A stretch of 45,837 nt of DNA from a virus (taxonomy: Duplodnaviria > Caudoviricetes), in IMG/VR virus record IMGVR_UViG_3300038318_000164, positions 1-45,837 of that record. One strand, given 5' to 3'. Positions within the stretch are counted from its first letter, which is position 1; each line of letters starts with the position of its first letter. The translations under genes were made by a program, and so were the position numbers. The notes beneath the pieces were generated by a model. The model was not told the origin of the DNA. It was given only the letters and a program-made list of their open reading frames with translations, and made no database searches. Positions 9,250-19,091 of this stretch are shown in pieces.

Positions 9250-9574
9250 CTTCTAAATATTCTTGCAGCTGCTTAAATAACCGCTCATCTATTATATAGA
9301 AATTTTCAGGATTATTTAAACCTCCAAAGTTAAAAACTAACGACCAATATGGTTTTCCCATAGCAAAGGCTTCTTCTTTAAGTTTATCTATCCAATCTCT
9401 TTTAATACTCATAGATTGTTTTTCCGTCATAGCTGTTTTACATTCTATACAGAAGTGTTGCGTGCTGACATCCCCCTTAAAAAAGGGCGTTGCCCCGCTG
9501 TTTGGTTGCCTTTTTCCTTTCAGGCTTTTTGCTACTCTTGACTCCTGCGTTTTGCTGTACTTTCTTGTATTCAA
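9230..9574 (-). CDS. PD-(D/E)xK nuclease, Holliday-junction resolvase-like
   Basis: QE..VA...SGA...KGDV...IECK motif. Confidence 0.65.
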   Translation of the reverse strand: MNTRKYSKTQESRVAKSLKGKRQPNSGATPFFKGDVSTQHFCIECKTAMTEKQSMSIKRDWIDKLKEEAFAMGKPYWSLVFNFGGLNNPENFYIIDERLFKQLQEYLEGEANEE

Positions 9575-9959
9575 TATTATTGATAACTCCTTTCTGACCT
9601 GCTATATTTAATAATTGTTGAGCTTTTCTTATTACCCATGGGTCTTGTAAGGGTAAGAATGCTCCAGTACTGGCATCCCAATCTTTAAATGCTTCTGCAA
9701 AACATATCCGCTTTGCTATATCAGGATTATCCCTTTGCAACTGTACGAGCTCCCTACCCCATTCATCAAATTGCCTATCAGTAATCAAATTAGTATCCAT
9801 ATCATAATAGAGTTTACTATGAATAAGCATTTGTAGTCTTCGCCGTTGTATTAGTTCAGCTATTGGTAATTCTTCGTCTGTATATTGACCCGGTTGGATA
9901 AATGGATTCCTATTATCTTTTAAAGAGCTCTTCTTTGACTGAGCATTAAATAATGCCAA
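9477..9959 (-). CDS. Stand-alone NAD-ligase domain Ia-like protein
   Basis: LIHSKLYYDMDTNLITDRQFDEWGREL resembles LigA Ia YY..D...D.EYD. Confidence 0.65.
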   Translation of the reverse strand: MALFNAQSKKSSLKDNRNPFIQPGQYTDEELPIAELIQRRRLQMLIHSKLYYDMDTNLITDRQFDEWGRELVQLQRDNPDIAKRICFAEAFKDWDASTGAFLPLQDPWVIRKAQQLLNIAGQKGVINNIEYKKVQQNAGVKSSKKPERKKATKQRGNALF

Positions 9960-9963
9960 TATA

Positions 9964-10641
9964 TCACCTTCCTTGCTCTTGCCCTCTTTTGATATAATTT
10001 AAAGTGGCGATTAATGCTTTAGCTTGAGATATTGCATTAGTATAAATAATGCTACTTTTCTTTACTTCTGTTGCTATTAATGGAATTACAATTTCTGGAT
10101 TCTGTAGTTCATTGACCATTATACGAACTATTAATGAAGTGCATGTATTTTCATTCTTTCTTTTTCCGGAGCTACCAACCATTGCTCCAAGTAATCCAAA
10201 TGTTAATCCTCCAACCGCTGTGGCTAACCCTTTTCCTTTTACAATACTATTTCCATCTTCGTTTAATTCAAATTCTCCTAAGTCATTATAGTTATAAACT
10301 TTAGGTTGACCCTTCCTACCAACTATAACTGCGAACTTTTTATTGATATCATCTACATAAAAATGATTGTGCGTTCCTAATTTAAGATGCTTACTAATAT
10401 TGAAGTCCATATCTGTTAGCTGTTCTTCGATTGTTTTGGGTTTAACCTTAATCACAGCTGCAGGCTTTGAAGCCTGTTTTTTCTTTTCTACCTTGATTTT
10501 AAATATTGGTATTAGACCAAGTCCTGAAAGAATTAGAAATGTAAGACCTATCATCATCTCCTTTGTTGAAAACATTGCAATTGCCCCAAGTAACCAAAAC
10601 CCTGCCCATACTATAGCGAGTATTCTAAATGCTCTTTTCAT
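9964..10641 (-). CDS. Membrane protein with two N-terminal TM helices
   Basis: Hydrophobic N-terminus; AVGGLTFGLLGAMVG glycine zipper. Confidence 0.65.
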   Translation of the reverse strand: MKRAFRILAIVWAGFWLLGAIAMFSTKEMMIGLTFLILSGLGLIPIFKIKVEKKKQASKPAAVIKVKPKTIEEQLTDMDFNISKHLKLGTHNHFYVDDINKKFAVIVGRKGQPKVYNYNDLGEFELNEDGNSIVKGKGLATAVGGLTFGLLGAMVGSSGKRKNENTCTSLIVRIMVNELQNPEIVIPLIATEVKKSSIIYTNAISQAKALIATLNYIKRGQEQGR

Positions 10642-10716
10642 TAAATTTACCCCCTTAAAATTTTATGAGTTAGGCAGGAGTGGTTACCTGCCTTGACTTA
10701 TTATATAGATTTTTTC

Positions 10717-10923
10717 TTAATATTCGATACTTTTTACAACATCTTTTATGATTGCTAATCCACTATCACATGCTATATTCACTTCTCTTTGATATCCATG
10801 ATTCCAATGAATTATGACTGTATCTTTATCCTTTAATTCTAAATGGCTAATCCCTTCACGGGTCAGGCTTAGGGTTTCCCCTAAGCTCTTAACTAATTGT
10901 TCCTTAGTAACTCCTGCTTTCAT
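10717..10923 (-). CDS. Hypothetical protein
   Basis: ORF with GAGGAGG RBS; NIACDSGLAIIKDV motif. Confidence 0.65.
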   Translation of the reverse strand: MKAGVTKEQLVKSLGETLSLTREGISHLELKDKDTVIIHWNHGYQREVNIACDSGLAIIKDVVKSIEY

Positions 10924-11072
10924 TATTCATCCTCCTCTAAGTATTCAGCTTCGCCAAATAATTCTTCCAATAGTTCCGGGTCTTCGAATGGGTCACAATC
11001 ATTGCATTGTCCTACTAAATATTCTGCCTCCGTTTGCAGCTTACCGCAGTTCTCACAATAATGTTTTTCCAT
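10923..11072 (-). CDS. Small zinc-ribbon/acidic protein (49 aa, not in ORF track)
   Basis: MEKHYCENCGKLQTEAEYLVGQCNDCDPFEDPELLEELFGEAEYLEEDE with AGGAGG RBS; fills the gap exactly. Confidence 0.65.
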   Translation of the reverse strand: MEKHYCENCGKLQTEAEYLVGQCNDCDPFEDPELLEELFGEAEYLEEDE

Positions 11073-11680
11073 TAGTCTATCCTCCTATCTTCTAAATAAA
11101 CTTCTTCCTCAATAGCACTTTTGATAATCCAGCCAGTCCATTTGATTTCCTTTAGCTGCTCCTGCATATCCTTAACAGCCGCTTTCAATTCTTCATCAGT
11201 TTCAAATGGATTAGTGTAATTATGTCCACCACATTCCGGGCCAATCCCAAAGAACTTACTTACATTATTAGTGAGCTGTTTTCCACATTTCATACAATTA
11301 TGAGTAATCTCTTCTGTAATTTCACCCCATAGTTCCATCTGAACCATTCCTCGAGTTTCTTTAAGTTTTCTACCTACCATGATTCTCATTGGCATTGGTA
11401 CTCCATTATTCCATTTATCATGGAAATCGAATTCAGGACTTGCAGGCTTTGTCATATACTGACGAACCTTGATTTTATATATAGGTGAGCCCTGAATCTC
11501 TTGTACTGGATTTTCGCTTGAAATAGTAGGCCTTTGTTCTGTGATTTTAGCGCCTTTATTAAGTACTATGGTTAACTCTCCATCAAATCCCTTAAAAGCT
11601 TGTACAGCCGCTTTTAAATCATTGTACATTATACCATTTATCTCTAATGAACCTTTATATCCTTCTAATAGATTAATCAT
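11072..11680 (-). CDS. Hypothetical protein with DUF6011-like zinc finger
   Basis: CMKCGKQLT...GIGPEC. Confidence 0.65.
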   Translation of the reverse strand: MINLLEGYKGSLEINGIMYNDLKAAVQAFKGFDGELTIVLNKGAKITEQRPTISSENPVQEIQGSPIYKIKVRQYMTKPASPEFDFHDKWNNGVPMPMRIMVGRKLKETRGMVQMELWGEITEEITHNCMKCGKQLTNNVSKFFGIGPECGGHNYTNPFETDEELKAAVKDMQEQLKEIKWTGWIIKSAIEEEVYLEDRRID

Positions 11681-12320
11681 TCAATTCTCTCCTTCCCATT
11701 GCGTGTTTACCTTCTGTAAAACCACTTTCATAGGCATTATGGTCGAATGAGTCTTTGATAAGCCTGCTTACATTTCTTGACTTGGCTCCTTTGATAAAAT
11801 CGCTATACTCTTCTTCTACTTCCTTAGGAGTTATTATCATAAGCGCTTTACACTGTTCTTCGAGCTTTGATTTGATACCTGTCATAAAACCTAACACATA
11901 GCTGTTATATACACCGGAGCGTTCTCCTGTTTCTCTCCATCTTTTATGACCCTCTCTCTCAGCCAGTTTATGACCAAGTTTGAATAAGAATCTAAATACT
12001 TCTTTAGCCGCTTCTGCATCTGTACTATATCCATAAAATGCTATGCTTCTTTTACCGTAACTGAATGTCTTGCATCTGAAGTTATCTGCTATAATTGTAG
12101 CTAATTGGAATTTCCAAGCTTTACCTGCTCCAACTTCCTCAACCGCAATTTCAATCTTATCCTCTTGAGCCATTTCATCTTCAACATCTATTGCAGTAAT
12201 TCCATGTTTTGCCATCAACCTCTGAGCTGTTAACGCCGCTGACTCCGCCTCTGCTGCACTTGGGTTATTTAGGGATAAAGCTAAGCACTTTCTGATTTTG
12301 TCAATAATCTTTTCATCCAT
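11673..12320 (-). CDS. DUF2786-domain protein
   Basis: IIDKIRKCLALS...EAESAALTAQRLMAKHGI. Confidence 0.8.
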   Translation of the reverse strand: MDEKIIDKIRKCLALSLNNPSAAEAESAALTAQRLMAKHGITAIDVEDEMAQEDKIEIAVEEVGAGKAWKFQLATIIADNFRCKTFSYGKRSIAFYGYSTDAEAAKEVFRFLFKLGHKLAEREGHKRWRETGERSGVYNSYVLGFMTGIKSKLEEQCKALMIITPKEVEEEYSDFIKGAKSRNVSRLIKDSFDHNAYESGFTEGKHAMGRRELND

Positions 12321-12374
12321 TTTCTTTTCCTCCTAAAGTTTTTTGAGTTTTTATTACCTATCCTTATATTTAAT

Positions 12375-12403
12375 ATTATATAACATATTACTCCAGAAGT
12401 CAA
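12375..12403 (-). promoter_or_regulatory. Sigma-A type early promoter
   Basis: TTGACT-17 nt-TATAAT. Confidence 0.8.
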
Positions 12404-12406
12404 CAA

Positions 12407-12646
12407 CTACTTTGTTAGCTCTTTAATGAAACCGATTCTTTCCAGCTCCTGCAGGAATTCCTTATCGTTACTATAACTTATTTGTTCATTTTTAAATATC
12501 ATTACTCTTCTTGCTATATTATTCTTATAGGCTTCCACATTATCATATCTTGTCCAGTCCTCTAATTTCAATTGCACAATAATATCTCTTTCGTCCTGAC
12601 CTATATATGTTCCACCTTCAACTAATTCTATTTTAATCATTGTCAT
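12407..12646 (-). CDS. Hypothetical protein
   Basis: ORF with GGAGGG RBS. Confidence 0.6.
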   Translation of the reverse strand: MTMIKIELVEGGTYIGQDERDIIVQLKLEDWTRYDNVEAYKNNIARRVMIFKNEQISYSNDKEFLQELERIGFIKELTK

Positions 12647-12758
12647 CCCTCCAAGTTTTTATAGTTGCCCGTTAGGTCGATAGCTCATCCTTTAATCTTA
12701 TGCTACTGCTAATTGTTTTGCTCTACCTCTGTACCATTTGAGCATTTGTACTATCTCT

Positions 12759-13085
12759 TCATTTGTATTCAAACATTAATTTCTTGTCATTCCAAAACCT
12801 GGTTGCCTGGTGTATCATTTGTTTGAAGTCTTCATATTTCTTGGGTGTAACACAATATCCTTCTTTTGCTGCTTTGCCAATGACTTGGTGTAAATTATCA
12901 ATTACTGTTTTTACTATTGCACCTGACTCTGTTTCAAATACTAAGTGTGCTTTTGTATTCCTAATTAGCTTTGCTCTTTCACCAAATGTAGTGTGTCCGC
13001 TACCACATCTAAATACTGTAAATTCCTGCCCTATTTTTGCTTCAATTAAGTTACCTGCATGATTTACTAAGAATGTGTTTGTCAT
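12759..13085 (-). CDS. Hypothetical early protein
   Basis: ORF with AAGGAGG RBS directly behind a promoter. Confidence 0.7.
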   Translation of the reverse strand: MTNTFLVNHAGNLIEAKIGQEFTVFRCGSGHTTFGERAKLIRNTKAHLVFETESGAIVKTVIDNLHQVIGKAAKEGYCVTPKKYEDFKQMIHQATRFWNDKKLMFEYK

Positions 13086-13148
13086 CTTCTTTTCCTCCTT
13101 GAGTTTTTATAGTTTTTTAAAGTGTTTTTAACTTCTTTCCTTAATAAT

Positions 13149-13177
13149 ATTATATAACATATTCTTAGAAAAGTCAC
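13149..13177 (-). promoter_or_regulatory. Sigma-A type early promoter
   Basis: GTGACT-17 nt-TATAAT. Confidence 0.7.
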
Positions 13178-13210
13178 ACACTATTTTAAACAACTTGCGC
13201 TTTCTGAAAT

Positions 13211-13234
13211 AAAAAAGAGGCTTTGTCAGCCCCT
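13211..13234 (-). terminator. Rho-independent terminator after recA
   Basis: AGGGGCUGACAAAGCCUCUUUUUU. Confidence 0.75.
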
Positions 13235-14360
13235 AATTTATTAAAGATTTTATCTTGTTGTATATTTCAGTGAATAGATATTCATTTTCCTTCAGGTATT
13301 CTATAACATTAGGCTTACCTTGGAGTTTAATTAATTCGCCAGTATCATCTTCCATAATCTCCCCAGTCTCAATATCAATAATAGAAAACCAAGCTCCAGC
13401 CTGCTGGATAATACCGTATTTTAATGCTACATCTACAGTATCAGCTATAATATCAATTCCGCTATCATATTTTAATGTATAGAATCCAACTCTTCTATCT
13501 GGTTTACAAACTTTGGTTTTCGCTATATTTATCATTACCAAGTTACCTGCAGGTGATTCAGCACTTCTTCTTAACTCATTTCCCTTTTCATCTATATATG
13601 CTCCTTTTTGAAACATTAACCTTACACTACAATTATGCTTCCAGCCTTTACCTCCAGTTGTAATCATTCCACCATAAGGGCTGTTCATATCTTCACGCAT
13701 CTGATTTATTCCAATTAAAGTACAATTATATTTAGTACATAATAATTCTGCTTTCTTAGAGAATAATGTTAAAGCTGCTGCTATTCCGCCATAAGTCTTT
13801 TCTTCCATACTCTTTTCATAAGCTTGAGCTGAAAGCATTACCCCTAAACTATCTATAACTACTAATCCTACCTCATCTGTATCTATCATTTGTAAAAGCA
13901 TTTCAAATATCTGTTCTGCCGTTTGGCTTTGAGGTTTAAGTAATATCAATTTATCTATGTCTACTCCAAGCTTTTGTGCCCATTCTTCATCTAATGTATT
14001 TTCACAGTCGGCATATACGATTTGTTTTGGGCCTCTTGCCTTTATATAGTCCAACCTTGATTGCTGTTCCTTCTTTTTCTTATCAATAGCCTCAAGTTCT
14101 GTTATTTCATTTTCCCACTCTTCTTGAAATAACTTTTGAGCATTTGCCACTATATCAAGAGCTGTGGTTGTCTTACCACCATTTTCTTCTCCAGCAAATT
14201 CAACGATTCTACCTCTTGGTATTCCACCATATAGCATGTAGTTAGCTCTTGGACTACTGAATGGTATTTTCTGTGTTTCTATCCTTGGTATACCTCTTGC
14301 CGCAATTTCTTCCTTGTATTGTTTATTGAAATCCTTAATTAATATATCCAATTTGCTCAT
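13233..14360 (-). CDS. recA: RecA-family recombinase
   Basis: GGIPRGRIVEFAGEENGGKTT, VIDS, INQMRE, TTGGKG. Confidence 0.93.
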   Translation of the reverse strand: MSKLDILIKDFNKQYKEEIAARGIPRIETQKIPFSSPRANYMLYGGIPRGRIVEFAGEENGGKTTTALDIVANAQKLFQEEWENEITELEAIDKKKKEQQSRLDYIKARGPKQIVYADCENTLDEEWAQKLGVDIDKLILLKPQSQTAEQIFEMLLQMIDTDEVGLVVIDSLGVMLSAQAYEKSMEEKTYGGIAAALTLFSKKAELLCTKYNCTLIGINQMREDMNSPYGGMITTGGKGWKHNCSVRLMFQKGAYIDEKGNELRRSAESPAGNLVMINIAKTKVCKPDRRVGFYTLKYDSGIDIIADTVDVALKYGIIQQAGAWFSIIDIETGEIMEDDTGELIKLQGKPNVIEYLKENEYLFTEIYNKIKSLIN

Positions 14361-14361
14361 A

Positions 14362-14940
14362 TTAATCTACCTCACATGTCAAATATTTTCTACTTGCTAA
14401 ATAATCGCAGGTATGAACAAATTTTTCATCTTCCTCCTGTGGTTTCGGTAGTATCTCTTTACCTAATCGATAATCTAAATTCCATTGACCCATATGACTT
14501 CTTATAAGTCTTTGAATATTAGTTACTTGTTCTCTTAATTCATCCAAATCCCCGCAATCTACCTCAAATTCAAACTCTTCAAACTTCTGTTCAATAAAGT
14601 CTGCAGCATATAGTGGGTGCTCTGTTACCGTATAATTTGAACCATTATTTCCCTTTTTAATACTATCATGAAGTATTAATGCTGCTATAATTTCATCTTT
14701 AGGTAAATGGCTATTCTGCTCCAAGCTTAGTAAATCATTAGCTATCTTAACAGCTGCTTTTGTATGTTTAATTAGCCCACCTTCTCCTAAAGTATAAGCG
14801 GGGTGAAATTTTCCGGTTGTACTTGCAGGCATTTCGAAGAAATAATCCGGAGCCTCTTCTACACAATACTCTACAAATTCTTTTAATAATGCATCCTTGA
14901 TAAGATCAATTTCATTTCTTAGTATTGCAACCTTATCCAT
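14362..14940 (-). CDS. HD-domain phosphohydrolase
   Basis: PASTTGKFHP, GGLIKHT, ILHD, SHMG, DYLASRK. Confidence 0.85.
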   Translation of the reverse strand: MDKVAILRNEIDLIKDALLKEFVEYCVEEAPDYFFEMPASTTGKFHPAYTLGEGGLIKHTKAAVKIANDLLSLEQNSHLPKDEIIAALILHDSIKKGNNGSNYTVTEHPLYAADFIEQKFEEFEFEVDCGDLDELREQVTNIQRLIRSHMGQWNLDYRLGKEILPKPQEEDEKFVHTCDYLASRKYLTCEVD

Positions 14941-15491
14941 TATTGACCTCCTATTCTTCCTGAATCTACTCTTGCAACCTCATACTCTACCATACGTCTT
15001 GATATTACCTTCTTAATGCTTTGTAGTGTTTCGTTAGCTGCTTCCATTCGGAGTTTAATTTTCTTATAAGCTCTTTGATAAGCCATATGGACTATATATT
15101 CATTCTGCGTAGCTAACTCTGCAGCAGCTGTTTTATCTGCTATGGTTCCAGTAGACTTATCATAAATTTCATTATATAGTTCTTGCTTAATCGCTTTTGC
15201 AACATCTTCTTTTACTCCAAGGGCTTCTTGAGCCTCTCCGGTAAAGTATAATAAAACTGGGATATTTAAAGTGAAATCATCTAACTCTCTATCGGTTGGA
15301 GGATTGGCCGTATCATTTAGGATATTACGAATAAATTCCATATATTCATCCAATGGTTTACAGTAATTGGAAACTAAATGGTTTACAATGGAATCCACTA
15401 TATCACTATTGGTATCAATTCTCTTTTGTAATTGCCTTATTTTTCCAACTTCTATTTCGCCACTTAATGCTATTTCATTACCCTTTGCCAT
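14940..15491 (-). CDS. Helical/coiled-coil protein in the recombination cluster (start reassigned to MAKGN)
   Basis: GGAGGGAGG RBS; located between recU and HD/recA; a recombination-mediator role is inference only. Confidence 0.55.
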   Translation of the reverse strand: MAKGNEIALSGEIEVGKIRQLQKRIDTNSDIVDSIVNHLVSNYCKPLDEYMEFIRNILNDTANPPTDRELDDFTLNIPVLLYFTGEAQEALGVKEDVAKAIKQELYNEIYDKSTGTIADKTAAAELATQNEYIVHMAYQRAYKKIKLRMEAANETLQSIKKVISRRMVEYEVARVDSGRIGGQ

Positions 15492-15999
15492 TAGCCATCT
15501 CCTCCCTCCAATATTCTGCAGCCCATTTCTTAACATTTCTAATAAAGGTATCTGCGTCATAGTCATAGAAGATTCTTTTCTTTCTTCCAGGGACTACAAA
15601 ATGTTTTACTTTTGCTTCCTTAATATCTTTTACATTTAATGATTTAGCCCCTTCATCCCGAATTCTTTTTAGTTCTTGGATTGGAACAAATGCTGTAATA
15701 TCATGCTCTATAAACCAAACAATTACTCCTGCTATTACTCCTGGGATTTTCGCTTTCTCCACCATTCCATCCCATTGGTCTTTTGTAATTCCTGCATTAA
15801 AATTTAGGGTATTACCAGAGAATGCTTTACATTCAAAGTAATATTGAAATGGGTATCTATATACGCCAAAGTCGCATATATTTCTTATTCCAGCATAACC
15901 CGCCATCGGGTCGGGAAAGCGGTCAAGAGAAATATCAGAATGTTTTAGAAAGGCTTTTTTTATTTCCTCTTCGAACTCCTTTCCTCTACTTACTCCCAT
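15478..15999 (-). CDS. recU: Holliday junction resolvase RecU-like
   Basis: RGKEFEEEI, CDF, FECKA. Confidence 0.75.
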   Translation of the reverse strand: MGVSRGKEFEEEIKKAFLKHSDISLDRFPDPMAGYAGIRNICDFGVYRYPFQYYFECKAFSGNTLNFNAGITKDQWDGMVEKAKIPGVIAGVIVWFIEHDITAFVPIQELKRIRDEGAKSLNVKDIKEAKVKHFVVPGRKKRIFYDYDADTFIRNVKKWAAEYWREEMANGKG

Positions 16000-16796
16000 T
16001 ACTTTCCCGCCTTTCTGCAGGATGTTTTATAATTACAATATTGACAAGTCTTCTTTGAAACATCTTCCGGCTTTGGCGGAGGTATTAATCTTTTAACATA
16101 TCTATCACATTCCTCAATTTTTGAAATAATATAGTCATATTTCATATCATCAGTTACTTCCAAGATAAATGCTTTCTTATCACAATTATCCCTATTTTCA
16201 TATAGAAACATTACCTGGTTAATTCCGAAGCAGGTTGCATAGGCTGTTCCTTGAGGTATATGCTCTTCCGCTACCCCTTGTCGGGATTGCCATTTATAAA
16301 TAGTTTCGGTTTTGATTTCAAGGATATAGTATTGTCCTTTATATTTGATAATACCATCACATAGGAAGCTCATATTTAAGTCCTTATGATATAGCTTAGT
16401 TTCAAATCCTTGTTTCTTAACTATTTCTAAATAATCAAGACCTCTCATTTTTACAAACTTTGCAACATCTATATATTCGCAATCTATTCCAAAGTCTTTC
16501 ATTTTGGTTATGGCACTTTGAATATGTTCATGTCGGGCGCTTCCCGATTCACAAATACCTACTAAACAAGCATTACTTCTTTCATTATCTACTTCTGCTC
16601 CAGTCACTTGAAAGTACATATTTCTAATACAAGCCATTGAGGATGGTTTATAGCTTTTAGAAGGTTTACGTGCTTCAAGTGAATCTTGCTTTTCAATAGA
16701 TGCCTTGAGGTCGGCCAAAAATTGCTCATTTACTGGCATTTGTGTTGTAGCCGCCTCAATTAATCTATGGATATTTTTAAGACTCTGTCTCGCCAT
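15999..16796 (-). CDS. Cas4-like PD-(D/E)xK exonuclease
   Basis: PSSMACIR, CDGII, LEIKT, Q..AY, C-terminal CQYCNYKTSC Fe-S ligands. Confidence 0.8.
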   Translation of the reverse strand: MARQSLKNIHRLIEAATTQMPVNEQFLADLKASIEKQDSLEARKPSKSYKPSSMACIRNMYFQVTGAEVDNERSNACLVGICESGSARHEHIQSAITKMKDFGIDCEYIDVAKFVKMRGLDYLEIVKKQGFETKLYHKDLNMSFLCDGIIKYKGQYYILEIKTETIYKWQSRQGVAEEHIPQGTAYATCFGINQVMFLYENRDNCDKKAFILEVTDDMKYDYIISKIEECDRYVKRLIPPPKPEDVSKKTCQYCNYKTSCRKAGK

Positions 16797-17880
16797 TGCC
16801 CATCACTCTATCATCCTCTAATAGAGCTACTATCTGTGTTATTTTTCCTGATGTCATCTTAATTGCTTTTTCGTGTCCATACCATAATTCAACAACTTCT
16901 TCTGGTTGAGCTGAGATTTGAGATTTCAATAATTCAATATCAGCGCAGCATGTAAATGGTTGGAAGTTCTCACTTCCTTGATATTTAATAAGCTCTGTAC
17001 CATTACTTCTCTTACTACTAAATATAACTCCATCTTTTGTGAATGTTAGATACACAGCATTCTTATCATAAGTTGCTACGAATAATGCAAGTCTATCTAA
17101 TAGATTTAGAACCGCTCCCTTTGGCAGTTTACAAACGCTTTTAAACTCTGTTTCAAGATAAGCATTAATTGCTTCTGATGGATAATCTTCGATACCTTCT
17201 AATTGAGAACCAAACACGATTACATTATTAGTACTGAATAATATCTTATTTCCGGATACCTGAACTGTAATCTTTTCTTCATCCATCAAAGCCAATAATT
17301 CCATAAGCTCTGCAGGCAATAATACCTTATCTGGGAACACTTTAATATCAGTACTGCATACTTTGAATGTATCTGTTGTAAGTACCTTGTCATCGAAATA
17401 ATATCCAGTTAGACAAGGTATTTCCATTGTTTGTGCGAGGGCCGCCTTATTAGCATTTAATAATACTTTTACTGTGGATAGATTGATTTCTGATTTTTCA
17501 ACCGTAGTATCAAATTTGTATTCCGGGAACTTAATTAATTGTCCTTCTTCGTCAAGAGGTAATTCAATACTATATGTACCATTACCTTTAACCTCTAAGC
17601 TGTTCTCTTTTAAAGTAAGTGTAATTGTTTCAGTAGTAGTCTTGGCCACCAACTTACTAAATATATCTGTTTGTACAACTACATAGAAGTCATCCCCTTC
17701 AATATCCTTCTCCATTACCTTTAGAGTGTTTGTAGCATCTGTTGTAATGAGTGTAAGAACTCCTTTCTTTAATACTATGGCCATAAGTCCTGTGATAGGA
17801 ATCATCTTATTATTAGATGCTCCTTTAATAGCCTTTGAAACCATTTCTTGCAACTTCAATGTTTTGAGTTTAAGCTTCAT
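16777..17880 (-). CDS. dnaN: DNA polymerase III beta sliding clamp
   Basis: 367 aa; LITTD, FPEY, LTGYYF...TTDTFK, EDYPS pattern. Confidence 0.8.
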   Translation of the reverse strand: MKLKLKTLKLQEMVSKAIKGASNNKMIPITGLMAIVLKKGVLTLITTDATNTLKVMEKDIEGDDFYVVVQTDIFSKLVAKTTTETITLTLKENSLEVKGNGTYSIELPLDEEGQLIKFPEYKFDTTVEKSEINLSTVKVLLNANKAALAQTMEIPCLTGYYFDDKVLTTDTFKVCSTDIKVFPDKVLLPAELMELLALMDEEKITVQVSGNKILFSTNNVIVFGSQLEGIEDYPSEAINAYLETEFKSVCKLPKGAVLNLLDRLALFVATYDKNAVYLTFTKDGVIFSSKRSNGTELIKYQGSENFQPFTCCADIELLKSQISAQPEEVVELWYGHEKAIKMTSGKITQIVALLEDDRVMGNGETES

Positions 17881-17898
17881 TTGATTTGACCTCCTTAT

Positions 17899-18609
17899 TT
17901 AATTTTGAATTTGTTTATTATCATGAGTGTAAAGTGTTTTTGACTTACCTACTGGTTTTCCATTCTCATACTTTGAAACAGCATAAACAACTTTATATGT
18001 TATTGGTAGGATTACAATTTCATATCCCGTTTTGATTAATACTTGCATAATCAGCATTACTACTAAATTATTTATCGGCATTTGCCCTAAGAAAGCTATT
18101 GGTAGAAAAATTAAACTATCTATTACTTCTCCTGCAAAACTTGATATGATAGCTCTCCATCCGAAGCCCTTATGGTCTATTGGATGCTTCTCTTTCATTC
18201 TCTTAAATACCCTATCGTTAACGAAGTCTCCAATCACAAATGCTGACAGTGATGCAAATAAGATTCTTGGAGTGTTTCCCAATACTGTTTGGAAAGCTTC
18301 TTGATGAGTCCAAAACGAAGGAGCTGGTGTTACAATAACTAAACTAAATACAATTACCATAAATAAGTTTGCTGCAAATCCCATGTAACAAGTTAACCTA
18401 CTCCATCTATATCCATATACCTCGGAGAATAAATCTGATAAGATATAGGTTATTGGGAAGATGAATACTGCTCCGGTCATTACGATACCGAATGGTAGTA
18501 AAACCTGCTTTGATGTTATTATGTTACTGATTAATAAACTTACCACAAATAATAGTGTTAGGACTAATTGTAAAAAACTAATATTTTTGATGTTAGATAA
18601 TTTTTTCAT
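17899..18609 (-). CDS. yhhQ: Queuosine-precursor (preQ0/preQ1) transporter, YhhQ/Vut_1 family
   Basis: SNIITSK, FPITYILSDLFSEVYGY, RILFASLSAF, GEVIDSLIF; multi-TM. Confidence 0.9.
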   Translation of the reverse strand: MKKLSNIKNISFLQLVLTLLFVVSLLISNIITSKQVLLPFGIVMTGAVFIFPITYILSDLFSEVYGYRWSRLTCYMGFAANLFMVIVFSLVIVTPAPSFWTHQEAFQTVLGNTPRILFASLSAFVIGDFVNDRVFKRMKEKHPIDHKGFGWRAIISSFAGEVIDSLIFLPIAFLGQMPINNLVVMLIMQVLIKTGYEIVILPITYKVVYAVSKYENGKPVGKSKTLYTHDNKQIQN

Positions 18610-18626
18610 TATACTTTATCCTCCTA

Positions 18627-19091
18627 TTAATAAATTTCTTTGGACTGGTCTTGGTATTCTTTAAACAATACCAAACAATCTTGTCTATTTTTTTCTTTGA
18701 TTTCCAAGATTGTTTCATCTTGAAGTCCATCTTGGATAAAGTTATAAATGAAATCATCTCTAAATCCAATTTCTTCTGCATCCGCTGGTGTGCATCCATA
18801 ATATACGGTTTTGATATTAGCCCATATAATAGCGGATAAACACATTGGACAAGGATATCCAGTTGCATAGATAACACATCCAGTTAAATCATGAGTTCCT
18901 TTTACCTTGCAGGCTTCTCTAATTGCATTAACTTCTGCATGAGCTGTTGGGTCGTGGTCGCCTAATACTGAATTTGATGTTACTGATAAGATTGTTCCAT
19001 CTTTATCAATTACAGCTGCTCCAAATGGGCCACCTAAGTTTTGGTTCATTGTTTCTCTTGCTCTTTTAATTGCTAATTCCATTACGTTCAT
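18627..19091 (-). CDS. guaD: Guanine deaminase (cytidine-deaminase fold, GuaD type)
   Basis: GGPFGA, DPTAHAEVNAIR, PCPMC, GFRDDFIY, C-terminal Tyr. Confidence 0.85.
   Translation of the reverse strand: MNVMELAIKRARETMNQNLGGPFGAAVIDKDGTILSVTSNSVLGDHDPTAHAEVNAIREACKVKGTHDLTGCVIYATGYPCPMCLSAIIWANIKTVYYGCTPADAEEIGFRDDFIYNFIQDGLQDETILEIKEKNRQDCLVLFKEYQDQSKEIY

Noticed and set aside
15999-16796. Cas4 as part of a CRISPR-Cas system
   Set aside because: No repeat-spacer array or other cas genes seen; stand-alone Cas4-like nucleases are common in phage recombination modules.
18593-18877. 94-aa minus-strand ORF overlapping guaD
   Set aside because: Alternative frame inside a gene with clear catalytic motifs; no RBS.
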